NCBI RefSeq assembly: GCF_004010195.1
Contig: NC_057718.1
Location: 20,462,915-20,526,914, forward strand
Reading direction: 5' to 3'
Source of the DNA: Chiloscyllium plagiosum
Taxonomy: Eukaryota
Length of the DNA: 64,000 bases
The notes beneath the pieces are model-generated. The model did not search any database and was not told the origin of the DNA. It saw nothing but the letters and a program-made list of their open reading frames with translations. Below are positions 10,494 to 23,547 of this stretch, piece by piece (position 1 is the stretch's first letter; each line of letters begins with the position of its first letter). The position numbers and the translations under genes are program-made.

Positions 10494-13400
10494 TAAGAGC
10501 ATTAGACTTAAGAGCAGAAATTAGGCCATTCAGCCCATTGAGTCTGCTCCACCATTCAATCATGGCTGATAAGTTTCTCAACCCCATTCTCCCGCTTTCT
10601 CCCTGTAAAAAAATGATCCTCGATACTCAAGAACATATCTATCTCAATTTTAAATATACTCAATGACCTGGCCTCCACAGCCTTCTGTGACAATGAATTC
10701 CCTAGATTCACCACTCTCTGGCTGAAGACATTTCTCCTTCTCTCCGTTCTAAAAGGTTTTCCCTTTAGTCTAAGGCTGTGCCTGCAGGTCCTAGTCTCTC
10801 CTACCAATGGAAACATCCTCCCAACATCCACTATGCACATGCTATTCCGCATTCTGTAAGTTTCAATTAGATCTACCCTCATCATTCTTGACTTGATAGA
10901 TTATTGACCCAGAGTCCTCAAACGTTCCTCACATGTTACGCTTTCCTGGGACCATTCTCGTGAACCTCCTCTGAATACGCTCCAGGGCCAGTACACCCTT
11001 CCTGAGACATGGGACCCACAACTGCACACAATACTCCAAATATGGTCTGATCAAAGCCTTATAGAACCTCAGAAGTACACCCCTGCTTTTATATTTGAAT
11101 CCTCTCAAAATAAATGCCATTACTGCATTTGTCTTCCTAACTACTGACTCATCCTGCAAGTTTACATTGAGACAATCCTGGACTAGATCTCCCAAGTCTC
11201 TTTGCACTTCAGAATTTTTTTCCCATTTAGAAAATAGTCCATGCTTCTATTTTGAAGAAATTGCATGACCTCACACTTTCCCATGTTGTACTCCAACTGC
11301 CACTTCTTTGCCACTTTCCTTACCTGTCCAAATCCTTTTGCAGCCTCCCGGCTTCCTCAATGCTACCTATCTTTGTATCATCTGCAAACCTAGCCAGAGT
11401 GCCCTCAGTTCTTCATCTAGATCATTAAATGTGTAAAGTGAAAAGTTGTGGTTCCAACATAGCCTTGCCACCACTTTGAGAAGTGCCAGACAACGAGGTT
11501 TCTATCCATGCCAACACCTTGTCTCTAACACCATGGGCCCTTACCTTACTCAGTAGCTTCCTTGTCAAAGGCCTTCTTGAAGTCCAGGTAGATAACATCC
11601 ACTGCTCGCCTTCGTCTCACCTGCTTGTTACTTCCTCAAAGAATTCTAGCAAATTTGTCAGGCATGACATCCTCTTGATGAAACCATGTTGACCGTACCC
11701 TATTCTACCGTTTACTTCCAAGTATTCAAAAATCTCATCCTTCACAATGGATTCTGAAATCTTATCCTTCACAATGATTTTCCAGTCCTCTGGGACCTTC
11801 TTTGATTCTAGTGATTCCTGAAAGATCACCACGAATGCCTCCACTATCTCTCCAGCTATCTCCCTTAGAACCCTGGGGTGTAGTCCATCTGGTCCAAGTG
11901 ATTTATCCACCTTCTGGCCATTCAGGTTTTCTAGCACCTTCTCCTTGGTGATGGCCCACCATACTCAGCTCTGCCCCCTCACTTTCTTGGATTTTTGAGA
12001 TTTTATTGTGTCTTCCACCATGAAGACTGACATGAAATAATTATTCAATTCCTCAGCCATTTCATTGTTCCCACTATTCTCTCCAATGTCATTTTCCAGC
12101 AGCCCAATGTCCACTTTTGCCTCTCTTTTGCCCATTATATATCAAAAGAAACTCTTACAATCTTCCTTTATATTACTGGCTAGCTTACCCTCATATTTAA
12201 TCTTCTCCCTCCTTATTTTTTGTTGCCCTCTGTTGCTCTTTGTGAGGTTCCCAATCCTCTGGTTTCCCACTGCCCCTCGACACATTATATGTTTTTCTCT
12301 TTTGCTTTTGTGCTTTCCATGACTTCCCTAGTCAGCCATGGTTGCATCATCCTCCCTCTACCATGCTGCTTCCTTTTCCTCAGGAGGAGTCTCTGCTGTG
12401 TATCCAGAATTATTCCCAGAAACTCCTGCTATTGCTATTGCACTGTCTTTCCTGCTAGGCTCTTCTCCCAGTCAATTCTACTCAGCTCCTCCTTTATGCC
12501 TCTGTAGTTGCCTTTATTCAGCTGTAGTACCATTATGTCTGATTCTACCTCCTCCTCTCAAATTGCAGAGTAAATTCAACCATATTATGATCACTGCCTC
12601 CTAAGGGTTCCTTCACTTAAGCTCAGTTATCAAGTCTGCCTCATTGCACAACAGTAAATCCAATATTGCCTGTTCCCAGTGGACTCCACCACAAGATGCT
12701 CCAAAAAGCCATCTTGTAGACATTCCACTAATTCCTTTTCCTACATTCCCAGTCCATCTGTTTATTGAAATTCCCCATGATCACTGTAACTTTGCCTTTC
12801 CTACACATCTTTTCTATCTCCTGACTACTGTTTGGAGGCCTGTACATAACTCCAACTATTTTTGTTTACCTTTGCGGTTCCTCAATTCTACCCACAGAGA
12901 TTCTACACCATCTAACCCTACTTTGTTTCTTACTATTGATTTAATTTAATTTCTTGCTAATAAGGTAACACCACTCCCTCTGCCCACCTTTTTGATAGGA
13001 TGTATATCCTTGAATATTCAGCTCTCAATGCTGATTCCCTTGCAGCTACATCAGCTCGGTGATGCCCACGTCATACCTGCCAACTTTGATATGCGCCACA
13101 AGCTCATTTACCTTATTCCTTATACTGAATGCATTCAGATATAACGCCTTCAGTCCTGTATTAACCATTCCTCATCTCATTGTCATTTGTTTGTCCAGTG
13201 TGCTTAAGGTTTGATTGCTAACATTTTCCACACACTGTCGTATTTGTGTCTGTGCTGGAGATTTTAATAACCTGTCCTGAGTTCTGTATTCTTACCTCCA
13301 CCTTTAATTCAGGTTTTCTAATTCCTCTTAAAACGGAATCCTTCCCCACCCCCATTTAGTGTAAAGTCCTGTTTACAGTCCTAGTTATGCAATTTGCTAC

Positions 13401-13510
13401 GACTCTGGGTCCCAGCACGGTTCAGCTGAAGACCGCCGTCCCATGAATTCAAACCCATTTCTCTCACACCAATTTTTGAGCCACACGTTTACCTGCTTAT
13501 TCTTAATGAT
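10494..13510 (-). mobile_element. Long decayed CR1 LINE (ORF2 endonuclease-RT region, disrupted)
   Basis: ORF pieces GPDGLHPRVLRE, QHGFIKRMSCLTNLLEFFEEVT, LIRPYLEYCVQLW, RRNVFSQRVVNL; tail near 10494. Confidence 0.9.
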
Positions 13511-14779
13511 AACATGCTTTGAGCACACTTCTGCCCTCTCTGCCAAGGCAACTCTTGGTTTTAAGCAGCTCTTCTAAATCTCCTCTCAACTTTGTCCACA
13601 GTTTCTTCAAACTATCTTCAAAACAACAGTCCTTCATTCCTGGAAAGTATTCTCCTAATTCTGTTCTGCATCCTCACTGGAATTTACATGTCCCTCGTAA
13701 AATGTAATGTCCAGAATTGAAACCAGTACACTATAAAACAGTGGCTCGGCCTCAACTAAAAGATTAATCATAACTTACTTTGCATTTTGAAAGATATTTA
13801 TAAAGCCTTTTATTTATTTCATATGTCTTTTTAACTAATTTCTCAACTTGCCCAATCACATTTAGTGATTCATGTTGTCTCAGGAAATAAGAATAATGTG
13901 GGGATTTAATTGTTAACCTTCTTAATTGTTTTCACTTGACTGATTTTCCTACAAATTAGCTCTTCTGTGTAGTGCCTTGTAGAATGCATCCATTAATGTA
14001 ACAATACCTCTATTGTTTCTTAATTCCAACCAAATAGATCTGTTCCTAATCCCTCTAGAATGTCATTTTCTGCAGCTACAGCTTTCTCCCAGTTAATTTC
14101 TGTTCTTTGTCTTGCCTGAAGTCCTTGTGTACAGAAATATTTAGTGCTCAATCCTGCCTTTTTTCTTGATCCAAGTCTATTATTGCCACAACATGATAAC
14201 TTCTGTATGGCTGTCTGCATCTGCAACTCACCAATTTGTCATGATTTAGGTGCTTACATATATGCACTGTAATGTAATTTAACTATATTACGATCTTTTC
14301 TATTCTCATCTTACCTAGTACCTTACTATTTCTTATTCTACTGCTCTCGGTCTCTCACAATCCATTGCACCACTTGTTTTCCTTTTCTAATGCAGCATCC
14401 TAGTTTCCATCTAGCAAAGTTTGTTTAAATCTTCGTAAGCAGCACATGCAAACTGTTCCACGAGGACATTGACCCTGGTTCTGTTGAGGTGAATCTGTCA
14501 GGACTGTATAGTTCCCATCACCCAATTTAATGTCCCTCTGCTTTCAGGTGACAGATGAATGCATGAATGAAAGGGCATAGCAAAGGTTTTGTATAGACAG
14601 TACAGCAAGCTGCATGATTCACCATAAAACATGAAGGATATGTAAATGATGGATCCTCAATTCAAATAATTGAATCTCTAGTATCAACATGTATAATGCA
14701 AAATGTAAACAATAAGAGAGAGGTAGGCCAATGTCACTCTTACTGATCAACAAACATAGGAAAATATATTGCAAAAAGA

Positions 14780-15300
14780 TTATAAGACTATAGGAGATAA
14801 GAACAGGAGTATGCTGTTCAGCCCTCTCTGCCTTTCAACAAGATCATGGTTGATCCAACACTCCTCATCACCACTATCCTGCCTTTTCCTGGTAACCCCA
14901 GATTCCTCTACAGATCAAACATGTACCTATTTCAGCCTTACTCTGTCCACGCAGCTCTCTGGAGTGAGGAGTTCCAAAGACACTCAACTTTCTTAGAGAA
15001 AAGTTTCTCCTTATCTCAGTCCTAAATGGACACCCCTTTATTCTGAGACAATGCCCTCTTATCCAAGACTCCCCCATGAGAGGAAACATCCTTTCAACAT
15101 TTACTCTGGCGAGCCCTTTAGGAATTCTAAATGCCTTCAATGAAATCACTTCTCGTTCTTCTAAACTCCAGCGAGTAGAGTCCCATCCTGTTTAGCCTTT
15201 GCTAACTCTTTCCATACGAAGGATCCTGTCTGCAATGAAATGATATCCTTCCTTAAAGAAGGGGGCCAAAACTGCTCACAGTACTCCAAATGTGGTCACC
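14780..15300 (-). mobile_element. CR1 3' fragment
   Basis: ORF 14874-15149 (VERMFPLMGESWIRGHCLRIKGCPFRTEIRRNF). Confidence 0.85.
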
Positions 15301-15896
15301 TTTAAGATTCATCGTTAAGCTATTGTGGAACTTAGCATTATTGCTAGAAAGAAACTGCAAAGTCCGTTTATTATTTTCTAAATTGCACAGAACAACAACT
15401 TTGCATGATTATACATTTTGTCAATCATGTAAAACACAGTGAATTGATAGTAGGAAGCAGCACCCTTCCAGTTTAATTGGTGTTGATCCGTGGTGAGGGA
15501 AAGGAGACGATATGTACCAGAGTTTAATTACTCAGTTGCTTAACTTTGAATAAGAAAGGATTGGAAATATATTTTTCCACATGAATTGTTTAATCGAAGT
15601 CCAATGTTTGAATTAGGAGATTCACTAGAAAAATACAAGAGAAAATTTGCACACCTAAATTTTCTTTTGAATAAAAGCAAGACCCAGAGAAACTCAACAG
15701 TTCTGGCAAATCTGTGGAGAGAGAAACAGTTACCATTTTGAGTCAAAGAATTAGGTTTTAAAGGACTGTCTTAAAGACAGAAACTGGGATGGAAAAGTTA
15801 TAGGAAGATTGTTTCAGAGCTTGGGGCTAGTTGACTGAAGGCATGACCATCAGTGATGGAGAAATTAAAATCCTTAACTCTGATAAGTTAGTAAGA

Positions 15897-16017
15897 AGGG
15901 CTTATGCCCGAAACGTCGATTCTCCTTCTCCTTTGATGCTGCCTGACCTGCTGCGGCGCTTTTCCAGCAACACATTTTTAAGCTCTGATCTCCAGCATCT
16001 GCAGTCCTCACTTTCTC
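15897..16017 (+). mobile_element. 5'-truncated Penelope terminus with 13-bp TSD
   Basis: TAAGTTAGTAAGA at 15884-15896 and 16018-16030; insert starts inside the hammerhead (AGGGCTTATGCCCGAAACGTC). Confidence 0.75.
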
Positions 16018-17399
16018 TAAGTTAGTAAGATGTATAGTTTATCTTGTTGTTTACACACTGCCTTTCAAGTGTTATTAACTAAACACATCCAACAATTTTG
16101 TGGAAAAAACATCTGAAAATAAACATTTCTAAGCATTGCAAAAGCAAGTCCAACACAGCATGTCACAAAGTGCCAACATTAACTTTTAACAAAATCATTA
16201 ACATTTTATTCTTTTATTCAAATACTTAGTTTCTAGAATTTGCAAACGGTGTTTGACAGCTTATTGAGCAGCATAGCTGTTCCTTTCATTGTTGAAATTC
16301 AGAAGAATTCATGTAGAAATACAATTGTTAAATTTATATCACTGAAGATCTTAAAACTTAAATTTTCATATGAATCTATATCATTCCCTGCACAATTTAT
16401 AGGTAAGGAATGAAAGGAAGAAAACAGAAGACTAGTGGACAGAAGATGCAGAACTATTGTTTTGAAGCTTCTGAAGTTGCAGCATTTGAAATAGCTGGAC
16501 AAAACAGTATTTGGAGATAATTTCAAAAGTCGAAGCAGAGTATCTGAAATAATAACTTCTACTGCAATAGTAGATAGAGCATGAATCAAGCAGTGGAGTC
16601 ACTTGGGCAGAATGAGTGAGCAAGGATAAATCTGGAATAGGATTCTGATGAAGGTATTTAAAGTCTAGGATTTTGAATTCAATTTGGAGAAGGATTTTTC
16701 TCAAAGTTTAGCAAATGAGGGAATTTATATTTTGGATATTTGTCTGTGTGTTTTAGGTATGGAAGCATAGCAGTTTTGCAACTGTGGTGTGGGAGTGACT
16801 TTTGGTTAAACAAATGTAGCATTTAAACTACTGAATGTACCTAGCTTTGACAGATTAAATCCTGCCTTGGGATAGGAATGGATATTAGCATGTCACACAG
16901 CAGTTTGGTCACAGTGAACAGCAACCTGTCCAGAGAGGGTGAAACAGCAAACCATTGCAACCTTTGTGCTGTTGGGAAGATCAGGGTCTGAGAAGCCCAT
17001 GGGGAAGCAGTGTTGGCACTGCAAAGCTGAAGAACAGTGGGCTCCAGCACCATGAAACTGGCATTGGCAAAGAAATGGCCATGTGAAATGGGATTCTGCT
17101 CAGAGCAACTAGGAATTTTGGATCATGCCAGTGAATAGATGTTAGATGCTAAAATGCTTCCTTGTGAGTCCTGTAGGCTGCACTCTTGGGTGAAGAGAGC
17201 AGGCAGTTATTTCGGCATCCTAAGTTGAGTCCTGTTACCTGACAATTATTTGCAGGCGAAGGAAGCAAGGCGGCCTCCAGGCAGCTTTTGAGGGAATCCT
17301 CAAAAGATAAAAGCTGAAATCCATTGTGTAGAAGCCAAACTTCGAAAAATCTTTGACTTACATCTGGGAGGGTTACTGAGGAAATTCATGGATTTTTGG

Positions 17400-18720
17400 T
17401 ATCTGGTTTTATTTTCAATGATTAACCAGGATTTCTAATTTTGGCAACTTAAAAATAAAAACTAACCAGATCTTAACAAAATTTAGGGGTGATGTATGTT
17501 GAAAACGGGTATGGCTGCAGACCATTAAATTAGTTTAAATTCATGAAGGGAAGAGATAGAAGAACAGTGAGGAAATCATTGAGATTGTGAAGGCAATGAT
17601 TAGGGTTTTGGTTATGTTGAAAGGAAAATAGAACATAGTCAAACAATATTCTGAAGGAAGAATGTGAATTTGTTGACAGTGTGTATGCAGGTGAAAACTA
17701 CACTTCAGAGTTGAACAAAATGCTGAGAACATACATTACTACCAGAATGGACTAAAACAAAAACGGCAACAAAACAGTAAACAGACAGTTTAAAGGTAGC
17801 TACTCTGAGTTGCAAAGAGTCAGCAATGCTTTGTAAATATATGGTTGCTATACCATCATTGTTCTCAGTATACATTATTGATTTGGACTTGGGTATCAGA
17901 AGTACACTAAAATTTGCAGAGAAGACTAATTGAGAAGTATAGTTAAGAGGAAATGTGACAAAGTACAAGATTTTAATAAAATTGCAAAATTGACATGTAA
18001 CTGGCAAATTAATCTCAATATTGATAGATGTAGGAAGATTGAAGAGAACCCATACTGATTGAATAATGAGTTGAAATGAGAAGCATTGTGATCTTGAATC
18101 CTGATACGCCAACCACAATCCATGTTTTTAAAAATGCACACCAAACACAGATCAAGCGGGACTAAAAAGCAGAAAAGCTATATTAAACTTGTACTGAAAC
18201 TTGGTTAGACCTCACTTGGAGTACTTTATAATATGAAGACTATAATTATTGAGTTACTCGGTAAGATCCGGAGAAAATTAACTAAGGTGATACCACAGAG
18301 AAGATATACTTATCAAGACAGGGTGGACTCCTCTACAGAAAATAGAAGTTACCTGATAAAGGTCTGAGATTATGAAAGATTTTGATAAGATGGATTTAGA
18401 GAAAATGTTTCTATTTGTCAGGGAGTCCAGAACTCTAGAAGATAGTCATGTATAAATCTAATGAGGAACTCAGGAGATTTTCTTATAGATCCAGGGTGGA
18501 AAGAATGCAGAACACTCTACCACAAGTCAAGGTGGAAGTGAATAGCATGTGTGCACTTAAAGTTAAAGAAACACATGAGGGAGAAAGGAATAGAATAATA
18601 TTGCTGAAAAGGTTATATGAAAAAAAAAGAGGACTGAAGGTGGCTGTATGAAGCATAGATAGCGTCATCAATCAGTTGGGCCAAAATGGCAAGTTTCTAT
18701 ACTGGTGACTTGATATAACT
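17400..18720 (+). mobile_element. Old, highly decayed CR1 fragment
   Basis: Remnants such as 'ctaaaatttgcagagaagactaa' (KFADDTK) and 'ttggttagacctcacttggagtac' (LVRPHLEY). Confidence 0.6.
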
Positions 18721-19032
18721 CAGTTCAACAGATTCAATGTGATAAAGTAACAAGGGAAATGGAGTTGGAGCCAGTGCATGTTGCAGCTGTTGAGAGTTGA
18801 TATTAATTCATCCAGGACACTCTGCCAAACAATCAAAAAACTTAATAGTAATATAAAATTATAAATCCTTTATAAAATAGTGTTATTATTTCATCTGAAG
18901 TTTAAAAGATATGACATAATTTCAAATTTTCTCTTTGGAAATTAAAATGATTCATGAAGCTACAAAATTGAGATATTTCAGAAGGTAAAATGTTTAAAGC
19001 CGTTACACTTCTATTGAAAAATGGCTGTGGAA

Positions 19033-19160
19033 TCATATTGTCAAATAACCAAGTGCTTTCAAGATAATATCTCGACCAGAATTAACAGTAGATGTAATTT
19101 CTTCTTCAGTTTTTCCTAAAGATGGATTAACTTCCACTAAATCAATGGCTGACAGCAGGC
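19033..19160 (-). CDS. ARG1-like arginase, last coding exon (exon 8 equivalent)
   Basis: TACTTACAG| then (G)[41 protein letters not shown] with TGA at 19035-19033; contains the EVNP (E277) motif. Confidence 0.93.
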
Positions 19161-20534
19161 CTGTAAGTATAAATATATTGTATGCATTATGTTTTTATAT
19201 TTGGAAACACGGTCTAACATTTAATACACTAGCAAAGAGCCAAAAAACTTATTTACAGTCAAACTAGTATCTTTGTTGCAATGGTGTTTTTTAAATGCAT
19301 GATATCTAGTTATTCTTTCACCAAAGACTAACAGAATTTTAAAAAATCACTTTGGACAAACTACATAAAACTGCCCACCTGTAAACAGGTCTAGGAATTT
19401 AAACACAAATCCTGTCAAGTGTCTGGATTTGTAAGTTATTTCAAGTTGTGTAATATAAATATCTAATCAGTGACTGCAATTATGCCCCACATAAGCTTCC
19501 TCAGACCTCTTTTCATTTAACAGTATCAACATATCATTCTGTTCCTTTCTCCCTCAAGTGTTTCTCCAACTTTCACTTAAATGCATATGTGCTATTTACT
19601 TCAACCACCACATGTTTTCTTAGTTTAAAAAGGCAAGATTATATCGGATGGGCCCAATATTCTTTGAAAATAAACAGACAGTGAAATTTCCACCTGGATC
19701 ATCCAACACAGCAGAATTGATTTTCAGATACAAACAAATAAAAACAAACAAATTGCTCTGTTACAATTCCCACTGTCAAGTGAGAGCTGGCCATAAAACT
19801 GCAGCTTGAGATTTGAGGAGGATTAAAGGGCAGAAGCACACAAATATCGGGTGTTGTTTTACTGAAGGCTTTGTCCTGGACCAGAGGTTATGCGAGGGCA
19901 GAGTGGAGGGAGAGGAGACCAAGACAATAGCATCTCCAATGGTAAGGATAATTATAATAATTTCATATAGCTGGTCATCAGTTCTCCTTGATAGTCCTCA
20001 GACGTGGTGGTGGCACAGGCAGATGACACAGGGGAAATGCAGTACCAAGACATACCATTTCTACCATCCACCAGTAGTGTAAAGAATGGAACACCAGCAG
20101 CAATCTGGGTGAGGGTGGGTGATGTTAATGAATGCAGGTCAGGTCCAGTTGTGAGGCATCCATAAGGCTCACCACCCAACTTCTCCCTCATGGACTGCAG
20201 TGATTACACACAATTTAGAATAGTAAAGCATTCCATTTAATTACTGTAGACTTGAATTCTTTCCTGAAGTTAAAACATGACTTGTGCCCTTTTCAGTTTA
20301 CATTTAAGTACCATGAACTATCCAGCATGAACCAAAGATAATGTTTTTCATTTTTCTTTGTTTCCTTTTTTGAACAGCTATCTCAGCTATCCAAATTCTG
20401 GTATACTTGTACCCACTAAACTGGTAATATACAAAATGTCACTGTTTCCCAGGTTTCTAAACTTGCACATTTCCCCAATGTGGCCAGTACCACGGACAAT
20501 ATAAACATCTTACTTTTTGTTCCTCCCTCCTCCT

Positions 20535-20556
20535 CCCCCCCCCCCCCCCCCCCCCC
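20535..20556 (-). repeat. G22 homopolymer plus GGA repeats immediately after the exon 7 donor
   Basis: C22 on the + strand; sense strand reads |GTAT-G22-AGGAGGAGGGAGG. Confidence 0.9.
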
Positions 20557-20560
20557 ATAC

Positions 20561-20697
20561 CTGTTTTATGGATTTCATTTGCCACGAAGATACCCTGTTC
20601 ATATGTGAGACCACCTTCTACAGGGGTTCCTGTCGCAGGTGCCAAAACAGGATCGAATCCATCAATGTCAAAACTAAGATGGATTGGTTTCTTTACT
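20561..20697 (-). CDS. ARG1-like arginase exon 7
   Basis: 137 nt, AG/GT bounded; (R)[45 protein letters not shown](G); SFDxD Mn ligands D232/D234. Confidence 0.97.
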
Positions 20698-20901
20698 CTA
20701 AAAAAGTTAAATAGTATGCCAGAGTGAGAACTTATTATAAGTGGGTTGAGACACAGTTAAAAACAAAAAGGACAAAATAATTATTGTAACAGCTATGAAG
20801 CACCTTAAGAATTGTTTACATTAAAGACTCTAGAAAATGCAAATTGCTATTCTGTTAGTTTTATAGACAGCAAATGAACTCAACATTGCTAAAATCCATA
20901 C

Positions 20902-21006
20902 CTTGAATACAGATAATCGTTGATCATCTCCATGACTTTTTGTATTCCCATGTGATTTACATCGGTCATTGAGAAGAATTTAATTCCTAATTTCTTTATA
21001 ATATCC
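20902..21006 (-). CDS. ARG1-like arginase exon 6
   Basis: 105 nt, TTTCAG|..AG|GTATGG; (K)DIIKKLGIKFFSMTDVNHMGIQKVMEMINDYLYS(R). Confidence 0.95.
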
Positions 21007-22051
21007 CTGAAAGGATCAAGTAATAGTATTACTCATAGTTGAAGCAACAAAAAAAAAAGGAAGTAAAAGAGAATGTCTTCTCAACATGAGGTATCCATGC
21101 TTGCTCAGATCTGAGAATTCACTGAAGCACAGTACGGAAAGAGGGTGCAGCTTAATTCTTGGACTTTTTTGATGCAGATGACTAGAAGTTACAACAAAGC
21201 TGTATAATGGACAATGAAGTCTCTCACAGAAAAATTAGGACATTCACAGGCAGGAGCATCACCTTTACTATCCCATGGCACAACATCGTCAACTGCAGAA
21301 ATTAGGCAGGATTTATTTAGCAACAGCTCTCATTGCTGTATTGATGCTATAGAGGCCAGTGTACCCTGTTTAATCCCAACTACAAATACAGCTGACCGGT
21401 TTATTCTTTTGTAACTTTTATTAAATAGGGAAAGTAGAGATGACAAACTGATGGAAGCTTTCACAAACCATCTAATGATCCCTCATTCAAATCATGACAA
21501 AAGTTTCATGCTAGTATAGGAACTATGAAAATAATAGCTATCCTTCAATCAGGTTTAGAATATTGTGTGGTACTAAAAATATTTAGCCTCTCTACCTTCA
21601 TTCTTGCGGCAACCACTGCAATGACAGTTTGTTACTTGGCTGATAATGAAAAGTGCATATGTTTACAAATGAGTTAAAATAAATTTCACCCTTGCCACTT
21701 TTGTCCTATCAGAAGATTCTCTTTTCCCTTTTCCTCCCACTATAACTAGGTTTTGTCCCAGGGTCTGCAGCCATGGTAGAAGGAATCTGCTCTGTAGTAT
21801 AGATTGTTGGCCTTGGAGTTTTGAGCAGGCAAGTCCAGGGCATTTGTGATTAGAGGATGCAGACATTCTGAGAGAGGATTCAGACCAGATGCACATTCAC
21901 CCATCTTGGCCTGAACTTCCACAGGGTTGAGGGTCACATGTAGAGTGCAGGTTGAGTATCCAACACCACTGGAGTTTCCTGAGAGGAGACTTCTAGAAGA
22001 CTTCTTACGGCACTGGCGCCACCTGTGAAGAAAGGGGCACCTGGAGTGATA

Positions 22052-22402
22052 TCATAGACTCCCTACAGGGAGGAAACAGGCCATTAGGCACAACAAGTCC
22101 ACACTGACCCTCCAAAGAATATCCCACCCAGACCCATTCCCCTACCCTATTACTTTTACACTTCCCCTGACTAATGCACCTAACCTACACCTCTCTGAGC
22201 ACTATGAGCAATTTAGCATGGCCAATTCACCTAATCTGCACATCTTTGGACTGTGGGAGGAAACTGAAACACCCAGCGGAAACCCACAGACACAGGGAGA
22301 ATGTCAGCGTGGAGTTTGCACAGTCACCTAAGGGTGGAATTGAACCTGGATTCCTGGTGCTGTGAGGCAACAGTGCTAACCACTGAACCACCGTGCCACC
22401 CC
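22052..22402 (-). mobile_element. HE1/V-SINE-type SINE
   Basis: Reverse complement begins gggtggcacggtggttcagtggttagcactg; V-domain and CR1-like tail present. Confidence 0.85.
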
Positions 22403-23547
22403 ATAGTCCTCTGTCACTTTGTTCTTGGTGCTGAGCATCAGTGGTTATAGTGGTAGAGTACAAGTCAGTGCCCAAATCAAAAGGAACCGAATGTGCTGGA
22501 CTCCTCTCTCAAAGAAGGTGCCAGCTTATTCATGGTATCCCTTAGCACAGTTCAAATGCCGCTTTGTCAATCTGTTTAGCAAGTGTCTCTGACAAACATG
22601 CCTGCTAATAGCGTGTCAGCTTATGCATCTTGATGAAGTTATTAATGGCCAATGCGAAGGCCATTAAAACAGTACTTCTCCCAACTGGAGCTGAGCAGGT
22701 GCCTGGTCATTGACAGTCCTTTCAATGCCAGGGGCCTGTGGCATTTCTTCCTTGGCAATTAGCAGAGATGGTTTCAATCTACAGTGCAGGAGGGCATGCC
22801 AGGAGCAGCAACCAGCATTCCTAAAAATAGTGTCAATCTGTTGAAGCTACAAAAACCAAAATTACTTGCAAAACAGCAAAGTAGCAAGTGATAGAGCTAA
22901 GTGATCCCACAAAAAATGGATCACAGTCAACCATGAACAATAGCTCTGACGTCCTGACACATGCGTTGGTGAATGGTGGCAGATAATTAGACAACTCACT
23001 GGGTGAGGAGTCTCCACAAATACATCCATCCTCAAATGATCCACATCAGTGCAAAAGATAAGGTTTGAGTAAACGAAGCAATTTGGCCTCAACCAGTAGT
23101 GCCTAGCATCACAGATGCCAGTCTTCAACCAATTAGATTCACTCCACATGATATCAATAAATGGTTGAAAGCAACTATATACTGCATAGGCTTTGGGCCT
23201 GACCGCATTTCAGCAAGAGGATTGAGCTCCAGAACCTGCTGAAGTCATAGCCAAGATGTTAGTACATCTATAACACTGGCATGTAGTGAAATGTGGAAAA
23301 TTGCCCACGTGTGTCCTGGACTCAAAAAGCAGGAGAAATCCAACCCAGTTACTGCCTATTCAGTCTTCTCTTGATTGTCAGTAAAGTGGTGGAAAGTGTC
23401 ATCAACAGTGATACCAAGCACCACCTGCCCAATGACATCCAGTTTGGATTCCACCAGGGCCACTCAGCTCCTGACCTAATTATAGCCTTGGTTCAAACAT
23501 CCACAAAAGAGTTAAATTCCAAATGTGGAGAGAGTGAGAGTAAGCTT

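Noticed and set aside
16299..16704. Overlapping ORFs and a strong + strand donor at ~16403 as an extra gene between arginase and mrpl4
   Set aside because: No recognisable protein similarity or consistent multi-exon frame
20457..20714. Poly-Pro / poly-Gly ORFs
   Set aside because: Produced by the C22 tract and read-through of arginase exon 7 into the intron
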